Part shown: in pieces, positions 48,162 through 58,089 of the stretch
How the letters are laid out: each line of letters starts with the position of its first letter
Numbering within the stretch: position 1 is the stretch's first letter
Assembly: GCA_963847625.1 (NCBI GenBank)
Contig: CAWKAR010000050.1
Location: forward strand, 1-64,000
DNA from: a candidate division FCPU426 bacterium
Lineage (GTDB): Bacteria; Oederibacteriota; Muellerivitia; Muellerivitales; Muellerivitaceae
Length of the DNA stretch: 64,000 nucleotides
Direction: 5' to 3'
Made by a program: the position numbers and the translations under genes
The notes under the pieces: generated by a model
What the model saw: only the letters and a program-made list of their open reading frames with translations
What the model was told of the DNA's origin: nothing
Database searches by the model: none

Positions 48162-50174
48162 ATGACGGCTGCCCCCGAGCGATTGAACCTGGTTCAGAAG
48201 ATCATACAAGCCCACCTCGTCACCGGTAAACCCCAGGCTGGCGATGAAATCGGCGTCAAAATCGACCAAACCCTTACCCAAGACGCCACCGGCACCATGG
48301 CCTACCTTCAATTTGAGGCCATAGGCATCCCCCGGGTCCAAACCAAGCTGTCCGTCTCTTATATCGACCATAATATGCTTCAAACCGGCTTTGAGAACGC
48401 CGACGACCACCGTTACCTCCAGTCCGTGGCTTCCAAATACGGTATTTACTTCTCCCGGCCCGGAAACGGTATCTGCCATCAGGTCCACTTGGAACGCTTT
48501 GCCGTACCAGGCCAGACTCTTCTGGGGTCCGATTCCCATACCCCCACCTGCGGGGGGCTGGGGATGCTGGCTATCGGGGCGGGCGGCCTGGACGTGGCCG
48601 TGGCCCTGGGGGGCGGCCCCTTCTTCATGACCATGCCCAAGGTCCTCAAGGTAGAGCTCAAGGGCAAACTCAAGCCCTGGGTGACCGCCAAGGACATCAT
48701 ACTGCAGGTCTTACGCCGCCTGACCGTCAAGGGCGGGGTCGGCAAGATCCTGGAATACACCGGGCCGGGGGTCAAGAGCCTTTCCGCCACCGAGCGGGCC
48801 ACCATCACCAACATGGGCGCAGAATTGGGCGCCACCACCTCGGTTTTCCCATCTGACGATGCCACCCGCGACTACATGAAGGCCCAGGGGCGGGGCAAGG
48901 ACTGGACCCCCCTGGAGGCCGACCCAGATGCCCCCTACGACGAGGAACTGTTGATCGACCTGGATAAGCTGGAGCCGCTCATCGCCCAACCCCACAGCCC
49001 GGACAACGTTACCGAGGTTTCCAAGCTCAAGAACGTGGAGGTCCAGCAGGTTTGCGTGGGAAGTTGCACCAACAGCTCCTACCTGGACCTGATGGCCGTG
49101 GCCCGAATGCTCAAGGGCCGCCATATCCACCCTGGGGTTTCCATGACGGTCACACCCGGTTCCAAGCAGGTCTTTGAAATGATTGCGAAAAACGGGGCCC
49201 TGGCGGACATCATCGCCTCGGGCGCCCGTATCATCGAGTCGGCCTGCGGGCCCTGTATCGGCATGGGGCAGGCGCCCCCCTCGGGCGGGGTATCCATCCG
49301 CAGCTTTAACCGCAATTTCGAAGGCCGGTCGGGAACCCGGGACGCCAAGGTGTACCTGGCCTCGCCCGAGACCTGCGTGGCTTGCGCCCTGGAGGGCAAG
49401 ATCACCGATCCCTCCAAGATGGGCAAAGCCCCGAAGGTCGAAGTGCCGGAAAAATTCGCCCTCGACGACGAAGGCATCATTCCCCCGGCCAAGGAACCCA
49501 AAAAAGTGGAGATCCTACGCGGGCCCAACATCAAGCCCCTCCCCATCAAGGAACCTCTCGGGGATACCATGGCCGGCCCCGTCTTGTTGAAGGTGGGCGA
49601 TAACATCACCACCGACCATATCATGCCCGCGGGGTCTAAGGTCCTGCCGTTGCGTTCCAACATCCCAGCTATCTCGGAGTTCGTGTTCAACATCATCGAC
49701 CCCACCTTCCCCAAGCGTGCGAGGGAGGCCAAAGGAGGTTTTGTGGTGGGAGGCGAAAACTACGGACAGGGGTCCTCCCGCGAGCACGCGGCCCTGGCAC
49801 CCATGTTCCTGGGGCTCAAGGCCGTCATCGCCAGGAACTTCGCCCGCATCCACCGCGCTAACCTGATCAACTTCGGCATTCTGCCCCTGACTTTCGTGTC
49901 GCCCGAGGATTACGATAGCCTCTCGCAGGCTGACATGCTGGAGATTCCCGACCTGGCAATGGTGATCAAGGTCGACCATCCCTTCCCAGTGAAGGACCTC
50001 ACCACCGGCAAGTCCGTCCAGGTGGTACACGGCCTGACAGGACGGCAGAAGGACATCATCCTGGCCGGGGGACTTTTGAATTACACGAAGCAGAAGAACG
50101 CCCAGGCACTGGAAGCTGCCGAGGCCTCCAAGATGAAACCGCCCCGTAAAGCGAAGGGAAAAGGAACGAAATAA
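48162..50174 (+). CDS. Aconitate hydratase (short, Aquifex/archaeal type)
   Basis: TQDATGT, DSHT, GSCTN, CGPCIG, ITTDHI, YGQGSSREHA; GGAGG before ATG 48162. Confidence 0.94.
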   Translation: MTAAPERLNLVQKIIQAHLVTGKPQAGDEIGVKIDQTLTQDATGTMAYLQFEAIGIPRVQTKLSVSYIDHNMLQTGFENADDHRYLQSVASKYGIYFSRPGNGICHQVHLERFAVPGQTLLGSDSHTPTCGGLGMLAIGAGGLDVAVALGGGPFFMTMPKVLKVELKGKLKPWVTAKDIILQVLRRLTVKGGVGKILEYTGPGVKSLSATERATITNMGAELGATTSVFPSDDATRDYMKAQGRGKDWTPLEADPDAPYDEELLIDLDKLEPLIAQPHSPDNVTEVSKLKNVEVQQVCVGSCTNSSYLDLMAVARMLKGRHIHPGVSMTVTPGSKQVFEMIAKNGALADIIASGARIIESACGPCIGMGQAPPSGGVSIRSFNRNFEGRSGTRDAKVYLASPETCVACALEGKITDPSKMGKAPKVEVPEKFALDDEGIIPPAKEPKKVEILRGPNIKPLPIKEPLGDTMAGPVLLKVGDNITTDHIMPAGSKVLPLRSNIPAISEFVFNIIDPTFPKRAREAKGGFVVGGENYGQGSSREHAALAPMFLGLKAVIARNFARIHRANLINFGILPLTFVSPEDYDSLSQADMLEIPDLAMVIKVDHPFPVKDLTTGKSVQVVHGLTGRQKDIILAGGLLNYTKQKNAQALEAAEASKMKPPRKAKGKGTK

Positions 50175-50191
50175 TCTAGACGTTTAAACCG

Positions 50192-50222
50192 AGCCCCGCC
50201 CGACAAGCGCGGGGCTTTTTTT
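50192..50222 (+). terminator. Intrinsic terminator
   Basis: agccccgc...gcggggct followed by a T-run. Confidence 0.8.
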
Positions 50223-50247
50223 ATATAGCCCAACATGAACGAGAACC

Positions 50248-51033
50248 ATGGTGAATGATAGAAAAAACCACAACGAAATTGTCCGGGATCAATTCACCCG
50301 AAGAGCTGACGACTACGCGCGGATGATTTCCGGCAACCCGAGCGACCAATCGTTGAGATTTTTGCTGGAGAGATTTCCGGTATCCAGGGAGGACAAGGTC
50401 TTGGATGTGGCCTGCGGGCCCGGCCTCTTGGCGACGGCATTGGCAGCTTTCGCGGGGCATGTCACCGGCATCGACCTGACCCAGGCCATGATCGCGAAGG
50501 CCCAGACCCTCCGGGCCCAGAAGGGATTGGCCAACCTAGACTGGGTAGTCGGTGACGTGGCGAAACTTCCCTTTGCGGACGGCTGTTTCGATTGGGTGGT
50601 AAACCGGTTTTCCCTACACCATTTCCCAAAATCCATGGCCGTATTGAAGGAAATGAGGCGTGTCCTCAAACCAGACGGGGGACTTGCCGTCATCGACCTG
50701 GCTACGCTGGAAGAAAACAACGAGGCCTTCAACCGGATGGAAAAACTCCGCGACCCCACCCATGTACGAGCCCTCACGGTTCCGGAGCTCAGGGACTTGG
50801 GGAAGAAGCTGAAACTGAGGGACATCAGCCTGGACTTCTACGGGTTGGAAATGGAATTGGAGAGCCAATTGGCCGCCTCCCGCCTCAACCCCGGGGACGA
50901 AGAAAAAATCCGGGAACTATTTAAAGAAGACCTTCGATCCGATAGACTGGGGATTCACGCGAGGATGGCAGGAGGCATGATCTGCTTCACCTATCCCGTG
51001 ACGGTTTTGACGGGTTTTAAAGAGCCAAAATAA
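50248..51033 (+). CDS. Class I SAM-dependent methyltransferase
   Basis: VLDVACGPG, LPFADGCFD, LHHF, RDPTHVR. Confidence 0.9.
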   Translation: MVNDRKNHNEIVRDQFTRRADDYARMISGNPSDQSLRFLLERFPVSREDKVLDVACGPGLLATALAAFAGHVTGIDLTQAMIAKAQTLRAQKGLANLDWVVGDVAKLPFADGCFDWVVNRFSLHHFPKSMAVLKEMRRVLKPDGGLAVIDLATLEENNEAFNRMEKLRDPTHVRALTVPELRDLGKKLKLRDISLDFYGLEMELESQLAASRLNPGDEEKIRELFKEDLRSDRLGIHARMAGGMICFTYPVTVLTGFKEPK

Positions 51034-51065
51034 AGCGAATTTGTTTTTATAAGTTTTAACACTTC

Positions 51066-51299
51066 ATGAGGTTTTTGATGGAAACCAAACCTTCCGGTAC
51101 CCAGCCTGGAACCAACCAGAAAAAGGGTATGAACATCGATATCTCGGCCCGCGAACCGGGTGAAAAATTCCTTTATACCGGCCCGCATCTTTGCGTCACC
51201 TGCGCCGAAGAGAACCGGATTGTGAATCGTCATTTTAAAGAAGGGGATACCGTCCCTGAATGCGCTCAGTGCGGGCCCCGGGCTCGTTGGGAGCCTTGA
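51066..51299 (+). CDS. Small zinc-ribbon protein (YjzC/DUF1451-like)
   Basis: PGEK..TG..LCVTC...GDTVPECAQC...W; start uncertain. Confidence 0.65.
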   Translation: MRFLMETKPSGTQPGTNQKKGMNIDISAREPGEKFLYTGPHLCVTCAEENRIVNRHFKEGDTVPECAQCGPRARWEP

Positions 51300-51453
51300 A
51301 GACATAATTGTTTCGGTCGTTAGGTTAAACGCCCTACTTCATGTGGTGGGTCAAATTCCCATTTGGGTTGCAAAACAGGCTGTTTTTTGAAGATAATGTT
51401 CCCGCTTCAACTGTTGGTGGTTTTATTTATGATCCGACTGTTAAAGGAATGGA

Positions 51454-52386
51454 ATGGCTCACGATTTCACAATAACCTTCCGGGGGGTCCGGGGAAGCAT
51501 CCCGGTGCCTGGCCCGACCACGCTTAAAATCGGGGGCAATACCTCCTGCGTGCAGGTGAACGTCCTGGATCACATCATCTTCCTGGATGCGGGCACTGGT
51601 ATCGTGAGCGCAGGCCAGCAAATGGTGCGGAATTTTTTCGCCAATCGCGAAAAGATCCGGCGGTTGAACACTACCATCTTGATTTCCCACACCCATCATG
51701 ACCATTTGATGGGCCTCCCCTTTTTTCCACCCCTCTTCATCGGCGACGCGTCCCTTTCCATCTATGGGCCCTCCATTTACGGCCCCGTCAACAGTCAGAC
51801 GGATATGAAGTACATCCTGGAAATGCTGATGGATCAAATGTTTTTTCCCATCGACCTGATGGAAACCGGTTCCCTCAAGAAAATCGAGACTCTAAGGCCC
51901 TTCGACCAAATCCTTCTGGCGAAGAATTCCGAACCCGAGCTGGCCAACCTCCAGACCGAGATCAAGACTACCTTCAAGGATAAGGTCATCGTCAGCCAGT
52001 ACAGGGCCTACAACCACCCCAAGAACGGCACGCTGGTGTATAAACTCCAATACGCGGGAAAATCCGTCGTTTACGCCACGGACATCGAGGGTTACGCGGA
52101 AGGTGACCGGCGGCTTATCCAATTTGCACGCGGGGCGGACATTCTTATCCACGACGCGCAATACACATTGGAGCAATACACAGGGCCGGTTCCCACCCAG
52201 GGTTTCGGCCACTCCACGGCGGAAATGGCCTGCCAGGTGGCGCGGGAGGCGGGAGTGAAACAACTGGTGCTTTACCACCACGACCCCAACCACGACGACG
52301 CGGCCATCCTGCAAAAGGAAGAGAACGCCAAGAAGCTCTTTCCCAATACCGTGGCCGCGTTCGAAGGTTTGGTTCTGCTCGTTTAA
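51454..52386 (+). CDS. MBL-fold metallohydrolase (putative phosphodiesterase)
   Basis: GVRGSIPVPG, GGNTSC, HTHHDH, DAQY, GHS, HHDP. Confidence 0.9.
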   Translation: MAHDFTITFRGVRGSIPVPGPTTLKIGGNTSCVQVNVLDHIIFLDAGTGIVSAGQQMVRNFFANREKIRRLNTTILISHTHHDHLMGLPFFPPLFIGDASLSIYGPSIYGPVNSQTDMKYILEMLMDQMFFPIDLMETGSLKKIETLRPFDQILLAKNSEPELANLQTEIKTTFKDKVIVSQYRAYNHPKNGTLVYKLQYAGKSVVYATDIEGYAEGDRRLIQFARGADILIHDAQYTLEQYTGPVPTQGFGHSTAEMACQVAREAGVKQLVLYHHDPNHDDAAILQKEENAKKLFPNTVAAFEGLVLLV

Positions 52387-52528
52387 TCCCAGCCCCGTCC
52401 GGGCTTTGGTTCCCATGACGCTGGAATTTCTGCCGATCCCTTTATTCCCATGAAACCATACACGCGGAAAAATCCTTTTTTAAATGCTTGGGAAATGGGT
52501 GGGTTTTAACGGCTTCCGGAACGGCGGC

Positions 52529-53218
52529 TTAATTAGTCCTAAATCCCTTGATTTTGTTTCCAAGGTCATTAAGTTCCTCTTCGGTGGGTTCCGGCGCCGG
52601 GGACTGCAACACTTCCAACTGGTTGAAAAAATCGAAAAGAACGGACCAAAGCTCCTCTTTTGAAAATTTTTCCCGGTTCAGGAAATACCGCAGGTACAGT
52701 TGGAAACGCACGCTAGTTTCATATAGGACCGTAAAGGATATTCCTGCGAGATCGGAACTGACCAGGGGAAAGGCCTGGAGGATCACTTCCACCTCATCGA
52801 GGATCTTTTTCAAAAGTGCCCTTATGTCCAGAGCCTGGATGGCGTCGTAATAAACCGTGTCGAAATGATCGTGGGTAAGTTCGGGGCGGATCAAGACGTC
52901 ATATCTTTGGAAAGTGTCCTGGAAGGCTTTGCCGCCATCCCGGATTTCCGCCACCAACCCCCCTAAACGGGCCAGGTGAAGGATGAAATTGTTCCGTTCT
53001 AGTTCCAGGGTGGAAGCCAGCTCGTTGATGTATTGGATGTAGTCATAGGTGCCTCGGTAGCACTTCAAGAGGGCCGAAGCCATCTCCGAGGCCGTCTCAG
53101 CCTGCGACCCGCCCATACGGAGGCGGTTTTCCATCAGTCCCTGTAAATTTTTGCCAGGTTTCCAGCTTTTCAAGCCTTCCATTAATTGTTCGGCCGTGAT
53201 TCCGTCCATAGGCAACAC
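52529..53218 (-). CDS. Hypothetical alpha-helical protein
   Basis: 229-aa ORF filling the gap; no recognised motif. Confidence 0.7.
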   Translation of the reverse strand: MLPMDGITAEQLMEGLKSWKPGKNLQGLMENRLRMGGSQAETASEMASALLKCYRGTYDYIQYINELASTLELERNNFILHLARLGGLVAEIRDGGKAFQDTFQRYDVLIRPELTHDHFDTVYYDAIQALDIRALLKKILDEVEVILQAFPLVSSDLAGISFTVLYETSVRFQLYLRYFLNREKFSKEELWSVLFDFFNQLEVLQSPAPEPTEEELNDLGNKIKGFRTN

Positions 53219-53403
53219 CTTATCACCAAACAGGCTCCAAGAAAACGGCCCTCTCCCTGAAACCGGGAAGGCGGGCCGCGCAGAGGAGGGGGTTTCCGGG
53301 GGTAACCTTTGGGTTCGTAGACATCAAGTGGGGCTTTGGGTAGACTACTCGCGCCCGACGTGGGATTTATCAAACGACAAAATGACAATGAAGGGAAGGA
53401 AAT

Positions 53404-54345
53404 ATGCCGTCACAACGTCCGAAAATCATCGTAGTGGGAGCCGGCAACGTGGGGGCTTCCTGCGCCGCCTGGATGGCTGAGAGGGACCTGGGAGACATCG
53501 TCCTTTTGGATATTCCGGCCGCCAAGGACATGCCCAAGGGAAAGGCCCTGGATCTTTTGCAGGCGGGCCTCATCTCCGGCTACAACGCGCGTTTGACCGG
53601 TACCACCGACTACGCGGACACGGCCCAATCGGATATCTGTGTGATCACCGCGGGCGTGCCCCGCAAGCCTGGAATGAGCCGGGAGGAACTGGTGGCTGTC
53701 AACCAGGGAATCGTGACCGAGGTGGCCAAGAAACTCACGGCCGGGTCGCCCGACACCATCCTGGTCGTGGTAACCAACCCCCTGGACACCATGTGCTATA
53801 CCGCCCTTAAAGCCTCCGGGCTCCCCAAGCACCGGGTCCTGGGCCAGGCGGGAATACTGGACTCGGCCCGCATGCGGGCCTTCCTGGCGCAAGCCGCCGG
53901 CGTGACCGTGGAAAGCGTTCATGCCGCCGTCATCGGCGGGCACGGCGACGAAATGGTGCCGCTGGCTCGCTATTCCACCATCGGGGGGGTTCCCATCTCC
54001 CATTTCCTGAAACCCGAGCAAGTCACCGCCATCATGGACCGCACGCGCAAGGGCGGCGGGGAGCTGGTGAGCCTGCTGGGGGTCAGCGCCTGGTACGCGC
54101 CGGGGGCCGCCGCAGGTTCCATGGTGGAGGCCATCCTGAGGGACAAGAAATTAGTGGCGCCCTGCTCGGCCTACCTGGAAGGGGAGTACGGCCTGAGGGA
54201 CATGTATTTCGGGGTTTATTGCGTCCTGGGCCGCAAGGGCCTGGAAAGGATCCTGGAGATCCCGCTGGACGCGGAGGAAAAAAAGATGGTCGAGAAATCA
54301 GCCTCCCTTATTCGCGATACCATGAAGGCGCTTAAGAATATCTAG
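53404..54345 (+). CDS. mdh: Malate dehydrogenase (LDH-like)
   Basis: GAGNVG, TAGVPRKPGMSR, VTNPLD, LDSAR, GGHGD. Confidence 0.96.
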   Translation: MPSQRPKIIVVGAGNVGASCAAWMAERDLGDIVLLDIPAAKDMPKGKALDLLQAGLISGYNARLTGTTDYADTAQSDICVITAGVPRKPGMSREELVAVNQGIVTEVAKKLTAGSPDTILVVVTNPLDTMCYTALKASGLPKHRVLGQAGILDSARMRAFLAQAAGVTVESVHAAVIGGHGDEMVPLARYSTIGGVPISHFLKPEQVTAIMDRTRKGGGELVSLLGVSAWYAPGAAAGSMVEAILRDKKLVAPCSAYLEGEYGLRDMYFGVYCVLGRKGLERILEIPLDAEEKKMVEKSASLIRDTMKALKNI

Positions 54346-54381
54346 GGTTAGCAGAAAAAGTTCTAAATCGGTGGGGATAAC

Positions 54382-54774
54382 TTAAGAAATCTTGGCAGAG
54401 AGAACGGGGGCCTGCTTGCCAAAACCCTCGTTTAAAGCGGATTCCACGCTGGGGAAAAGCCGGACCCACTTGTTGAATTCCAACATCTCGAAAGTGTCGT
54501 GGATCTCAGGTGGCATAGCCGCCAGGAGGATGTCCCCCCTCGATAAGCGCACGCGAGCGTGGAAAACCAGCAACGCCTTCCAAGCCTGCCCGCTGAAGTA
54601 TTTGGCCCCTGAAAGATCCAGGATGATTTTTTTCGAGGTCGATTTGTCAAAAGCGGCCTGAAGGGCTTTGTCGAATTCCGGCAGGGTGGCGGCGTAAACA
54701 AAGCCGGTCACTTTCAGGACTCCCACTCCGCCGTACTGTGAATGAAGATTGACATCGAAAGAGAAATTTTCCAT
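54382..54774 (-). CDS. STAS-domain anti-sigma factor antagonist
   Basis: IILDLSGAKYFS, GDILL, FEMLEF...FPSVESAL. Confidence 0.82.
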   Translation of the reverse strand: MENFSFDVNLHSQYGGVGVLKVTGFVYAATLPEFDKALQAAFDKSTSKKIILDLSGAKYFSGQAWKALLVFHARVRLSRGDILLAAMPPEIHDTFEMLEFNKWVRLFPSVESALNEGFGKQAPVLSAKIS

Positions 54775-55004
54775 TGAACCCTCGGAACCGGAATGGGGCG
54801 CGCTAACTTGAAACTAACTATAGTGGGGGACTCCCGCAGAAACCTAGTCAAAACGACTCGAATTTAGGAAATCGATTAGTCTGATGGCCGAAAAAAATGC
54901 TTCATTCCCGCAACAAAAGTTTCGAAAAAAGGTTTATCCTTTTCCAACGGTCGAATAGTTGTGACAGCCATCGGTAAAAATGAGAGAAGAGGGCGGAAAA
55001 AAAG

Positions 55005-55847
55005 ATGTTAAATCGTTTTCAGGTTGTTCAACCCGCTGAAAGTCAAATCCGGCACGTTCTTGCAAAAATCCGGGACAACCGGGCGGCTCTTTTGGCTGGC
55101 GGTAACAGAGATGAAATCCATGATTTCCGGGTCGGCTTAAGGAGTTTAAGGACCTACCTGCGACTTGCCCGGAAACTTTGGAGCGCGGCGCTAGTGGAGC
55201 CAATCCGGAATCAGTTGAAAAGGCTACAGCGAGCCACCAGTATTTTCCAAGACGAGATCGCCCAAGACAAAGTCATCCGAACGGCCCTGCGCGCCCTCGG
55301 CTTAATACAAGCCGCCCGCCCATGGCTGGATGAGCGTAAGGAATATCTCGAGAGCCAGAGGGAGAAAGCCAAAGAGGTGATCTGCGCTCCTGGGGTCGAG
55401 AAACTCCTAAAACGGGCGGAAACTCTACTGGCCCCTCTGGCGGGTTTGGAAATTGCGTCCGGCAGAATCAAAAATTTGAGAAAGGCCTATCGGGAGGAGC
55501 GAAAACGGTTCAAAAAACGCTTGAAAGCCCATGAAGAAGGTGAGAAGGACGATACCACGCTCCACCGCCTCAGGATCCGGGCGAAACGTCTGCGTTACAG
55601 CCTGGAAGGATTCGGTTTCCTCGACCCGCGCCGTAGGCAATGGCTCCACCCGCGAACCAAGGCATTCCAAAAAGCAGTCGGGGATTTGAGGGACACCGTG
55701 GGCGCCCTGGGGGTTGTGGCAAGGGATAACCGGATTCCCTACAAGGTTCGGATACCGCTCAAGAGGGAGTTGTCAAAACGGGAAGCCTTGTGCCGGACGG
55801 ATATTGATAAAATTCTCAACGCCTTTGCTCGGTTGAAGGCGCGTTGA
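55005..55847 (+). CDS. CHAD-domain protein
   Basis: IHDFRVGLRSLR, LHRLRIRAKRLRY, GDLRD. Confidence 0.88.
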   Translation: MLNRFQVVQPAESQIRHVLAKIRDNRAALLAGGNRDEIHDFRVGLRSLRTYLRLARKLWSAALVEPIRNQLKRLQRATSIFQDEIAQDKVIRTALRALGLIQAARPWLDERKEYLESQREKAKEVICAPGVEKLLKRAETLLAPLAGLEIASGRIKNLRKAYREERKRFKKRLKAHEEGEKDDTTLHRLRIRAKRLRYSLEGFGFLDPRRRQWLHPRTKAFQKAVGDLRDTVGALGVVARDNRIPYKVRIPLKRELSKREALCRTDIDKILNAFARLKAR

Positions 55848-55977
55848 ACACAGCGCTCAGAGGTTCGTCACCGGATGTTTTTAATAACCCGGTTTTGGAC
55901 TTGGAGTGGATCGGGATTGTGCCGATCATCTATAAAAATATATCGAGATTGGTACTATACCAACCTCCTTGAATAAA

Positions 55978-58089
55978 TTATGGATAGTTGGCATGGGCCG
56001 CAAGCTCATCCAACTTTTGAAGGAGTTGGGGAGGAGGTTGGTAAATCGAATCCCACTTGGCTGCCTCCAGAAGGGCTTTTTTCGCCTCCGAGTAACGTTC
56101 CGCCTTCCCGAAAATCTGAGCCAGGTTGTAGTTCAACAGGCCGTTAGACCCGAAGCTCAAAGCTTTTTGAAAAGTTGTAAGGGCCAGAGTGTATTTCTTA
56201 TCCCAATAATAATTGTTGGCCAGCTTGCCCCAATAATAAAACTTGAGGAAGGAATCGCCCTGAAAGTCCGATTCCCTGTCCAATAGATACCGGATGGGTT
56301 TGTCCAGTGGTTGGGTAAAAGGATGGTCCAAAAGCAAAAAGTTCAATTCCCGCAGGTCCCGGTCCGCCTGGTTCCAACCCTCCAGGATTTTTCGGTTGGC
56401 GGGGTTCAAGGGGATAATGGCTTGAAGGTTGGAATCAGAGGGGGAAGGGCTTTTCCAGTCGGTAAAAACGGCATCAGGAAACAGCCTTGTTAAATGGGGG
56501 CGGCATCCATCGTCCGCGATGATTGCGGCCCAGGAAACTTTTCCGGAATCCAATGAAGGGTTAGCCAGGGTGTTGAATGAATAAGTCCCCACGTTCAAAT
56601 AAACCGGGAGCCATTCATCCATGGAAAAATCCGAATAAACCAAACCGGGACCGGAGGTTTGGCTGTGTTTCTTGAGGCTTTCGCATAGGGCGACCCTCGG
56701 ATTCGTGTCCGAAAAATCCCGGTTGGCGACGGCCATTGATTTTTCCAGGGTGACGTGGTCCAGGCCAATCGAAAGGAAAAAAACGGGAAGAATGAATGCA
56801 AATCTCGCTGGCCCATTGGGAAGTCCCCCCAGAACAGCTCCCAAACCCAAGGCCATGGTGGCGATGAAGAGGGGAAGAAGCGGCGCCAGATGATAACCAT
56901 TGATGTTGTTGGCCAGCAGGCAGGGCAGGAAAAGCACGGCGGCGCTTCCAGCCATCCATTTCGCCAGGGGGTGCCAGCGGAGGCGCCACCATTCCGCCGT
57001 CCCCATGAAGAAAAGGCTTCCCAGAATCGGATTCAAGAGGCCTCCCCAGCCGGAGTTGTACAGGAAATACCAGGGCTGGCCAGTCCAGAAAAGGTTGGTG
57101 AAGAGAAAGGCGTTTTGCCAGTAGTGCCAATGGTAAGTCTCGTCGCCCTTTTGGTTGAAAGCGAAAAGGATCCTGATATAAGCGCCGAAATTTTCCCTCA
57201 GGGCCGCAATCGCCAGGGGCAGGACCGTGAGAAAAGCGGCCGCCAGGAAAAGGAAGAGGTCCCATTTCCGGTTGGGCCAGGAACGGCGGAAGAACCAGCC
57301 GAGGGTAAGAATGACGCAAAGGGCTATCAGGGGCCAGGCGAAATAAGTGTAAAAACCCAGCCCCAGGCAAAACCCCAGAAAAATCGAAAGCGCCGGATGA
57401 TTACGATTTGAATCCGCGCTCAAGAACTTGGCCAGGATCCAGAATGCCAGGGCCTGACAGAAAACCATGAGGACGGCGTTGTGAGAAAAACGCCCGATAT
57501 AAACCGGCCAAAAGCTGATTCCCAATAAGACTAAGCACAAGAATGAGAAGGACTTGGAAAAAAACACGCGAAAGGCCCGGTAATAAATAACAATGGCGAG
57601 AAAGGAGAGGAAAGCGGGAACCAGCCAAAGATTCTGGAAAGAGACACCTCCGAATTTGAATTCTTCTGTTAATAGCCAGAGATAAAGAGGCGGTAATTGG
57701 CTGGAGTAATAAAAAAAAGGCCAGCCCCCATGGCCGTTCAGGTGGATCGCGCTATAGGCGTTCACGATTTCGTCCAGGATGGGAAAGGAAAGAAAAGAAG
57801 TCAGCTTGTAAAGGCGGACAACGAGGGCCAAACCCAGGATTAAATAAATCCACCAGATTACTGGAGTGAAAAGTTCCCGGGTGAAAAGGGGTTGTTCCTG
57901 CAGCGGGGCGGGTGGCTGGTTTTTCAAATAGAAAAAACCCAAGATCCCGAAGCCCAAAAGTCCCACCGCCAGTTTGATACCCCAATCCAGGGGCGAATAA
58001 GCCAGGAGGGTGTTGAGAGCCGCCAGAAGCGTGAAGAAGACGGCGGGCCTGGAAAAGAGGGCGGCCAAGATTAACCCGCTTACCGGCAA
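55978..58089 (-). CDS. GT-C / PMT_2 (family 39-like) glycosyltransferase with C-terminal TPR
   Basis: RLYKL...DEIVN, SFWPVYIGR, GLGFYTY, many TM helices. Confidence 0.8.
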   Translation of the reverse strand: MPVSGLILAALFSRPAVFFTLLAALNTLLAYSPLDWGIKLAVGLLGFGILGFFYLKNQPPAPLQEQPLFTRELFTPVIWWIYLILGLALVVRLYKLTSFLSFPILDEIVNAYSAIHLNGHGGWPFFYYSSQLPPLYLWLLTEEFKFGGVSFQNLWLVPAFLSFLAIVIYYRAFRVFFSKSFSFLCLVLLGISFWPVYIGRFSHNAVLMVFCQALAFWILAKFLSADSNRNHPALSIFLGFCLGLGFYTYFAWPLIALCVILTLGWFFRRSWPNRKWDLFLFLAAAFLTVLPLAIAALRENFGAYIRILFAFNQKGDETYHWHYWQNAFLFTNLFWTGQPWYFLYNSGWGGLLNPILGSLFFMGTAEWWRLRWHPLAKWMAGSAAVLFLPCLLANNINGYHLAPLLPLFIATMALGLGAVLGGLPNGPARFAFILPVFFLSIGLDHVTLEKSMAVANRDFSDTNPRVALCESLKKHSQTSGPGLVYSDFSMDEWLPVYLNVGTYSFNTLANPSLDSGKVSWAAIIADDGCRPHLTRLFPDAVFTDWKSPSPSDSNLQAIIPLNPANRKILEGWNQADRDLRELNFLLLDHPFTQPLDKPIRYLLDRESDFQGDSFLKFYYWGKLANNYYWDKKYTLALTTFQKALSFGSNGLLNYNLAQIFGKAERYSEAKKALLEAAKWDSIYQPPPQLLQKLDELAAHANYP

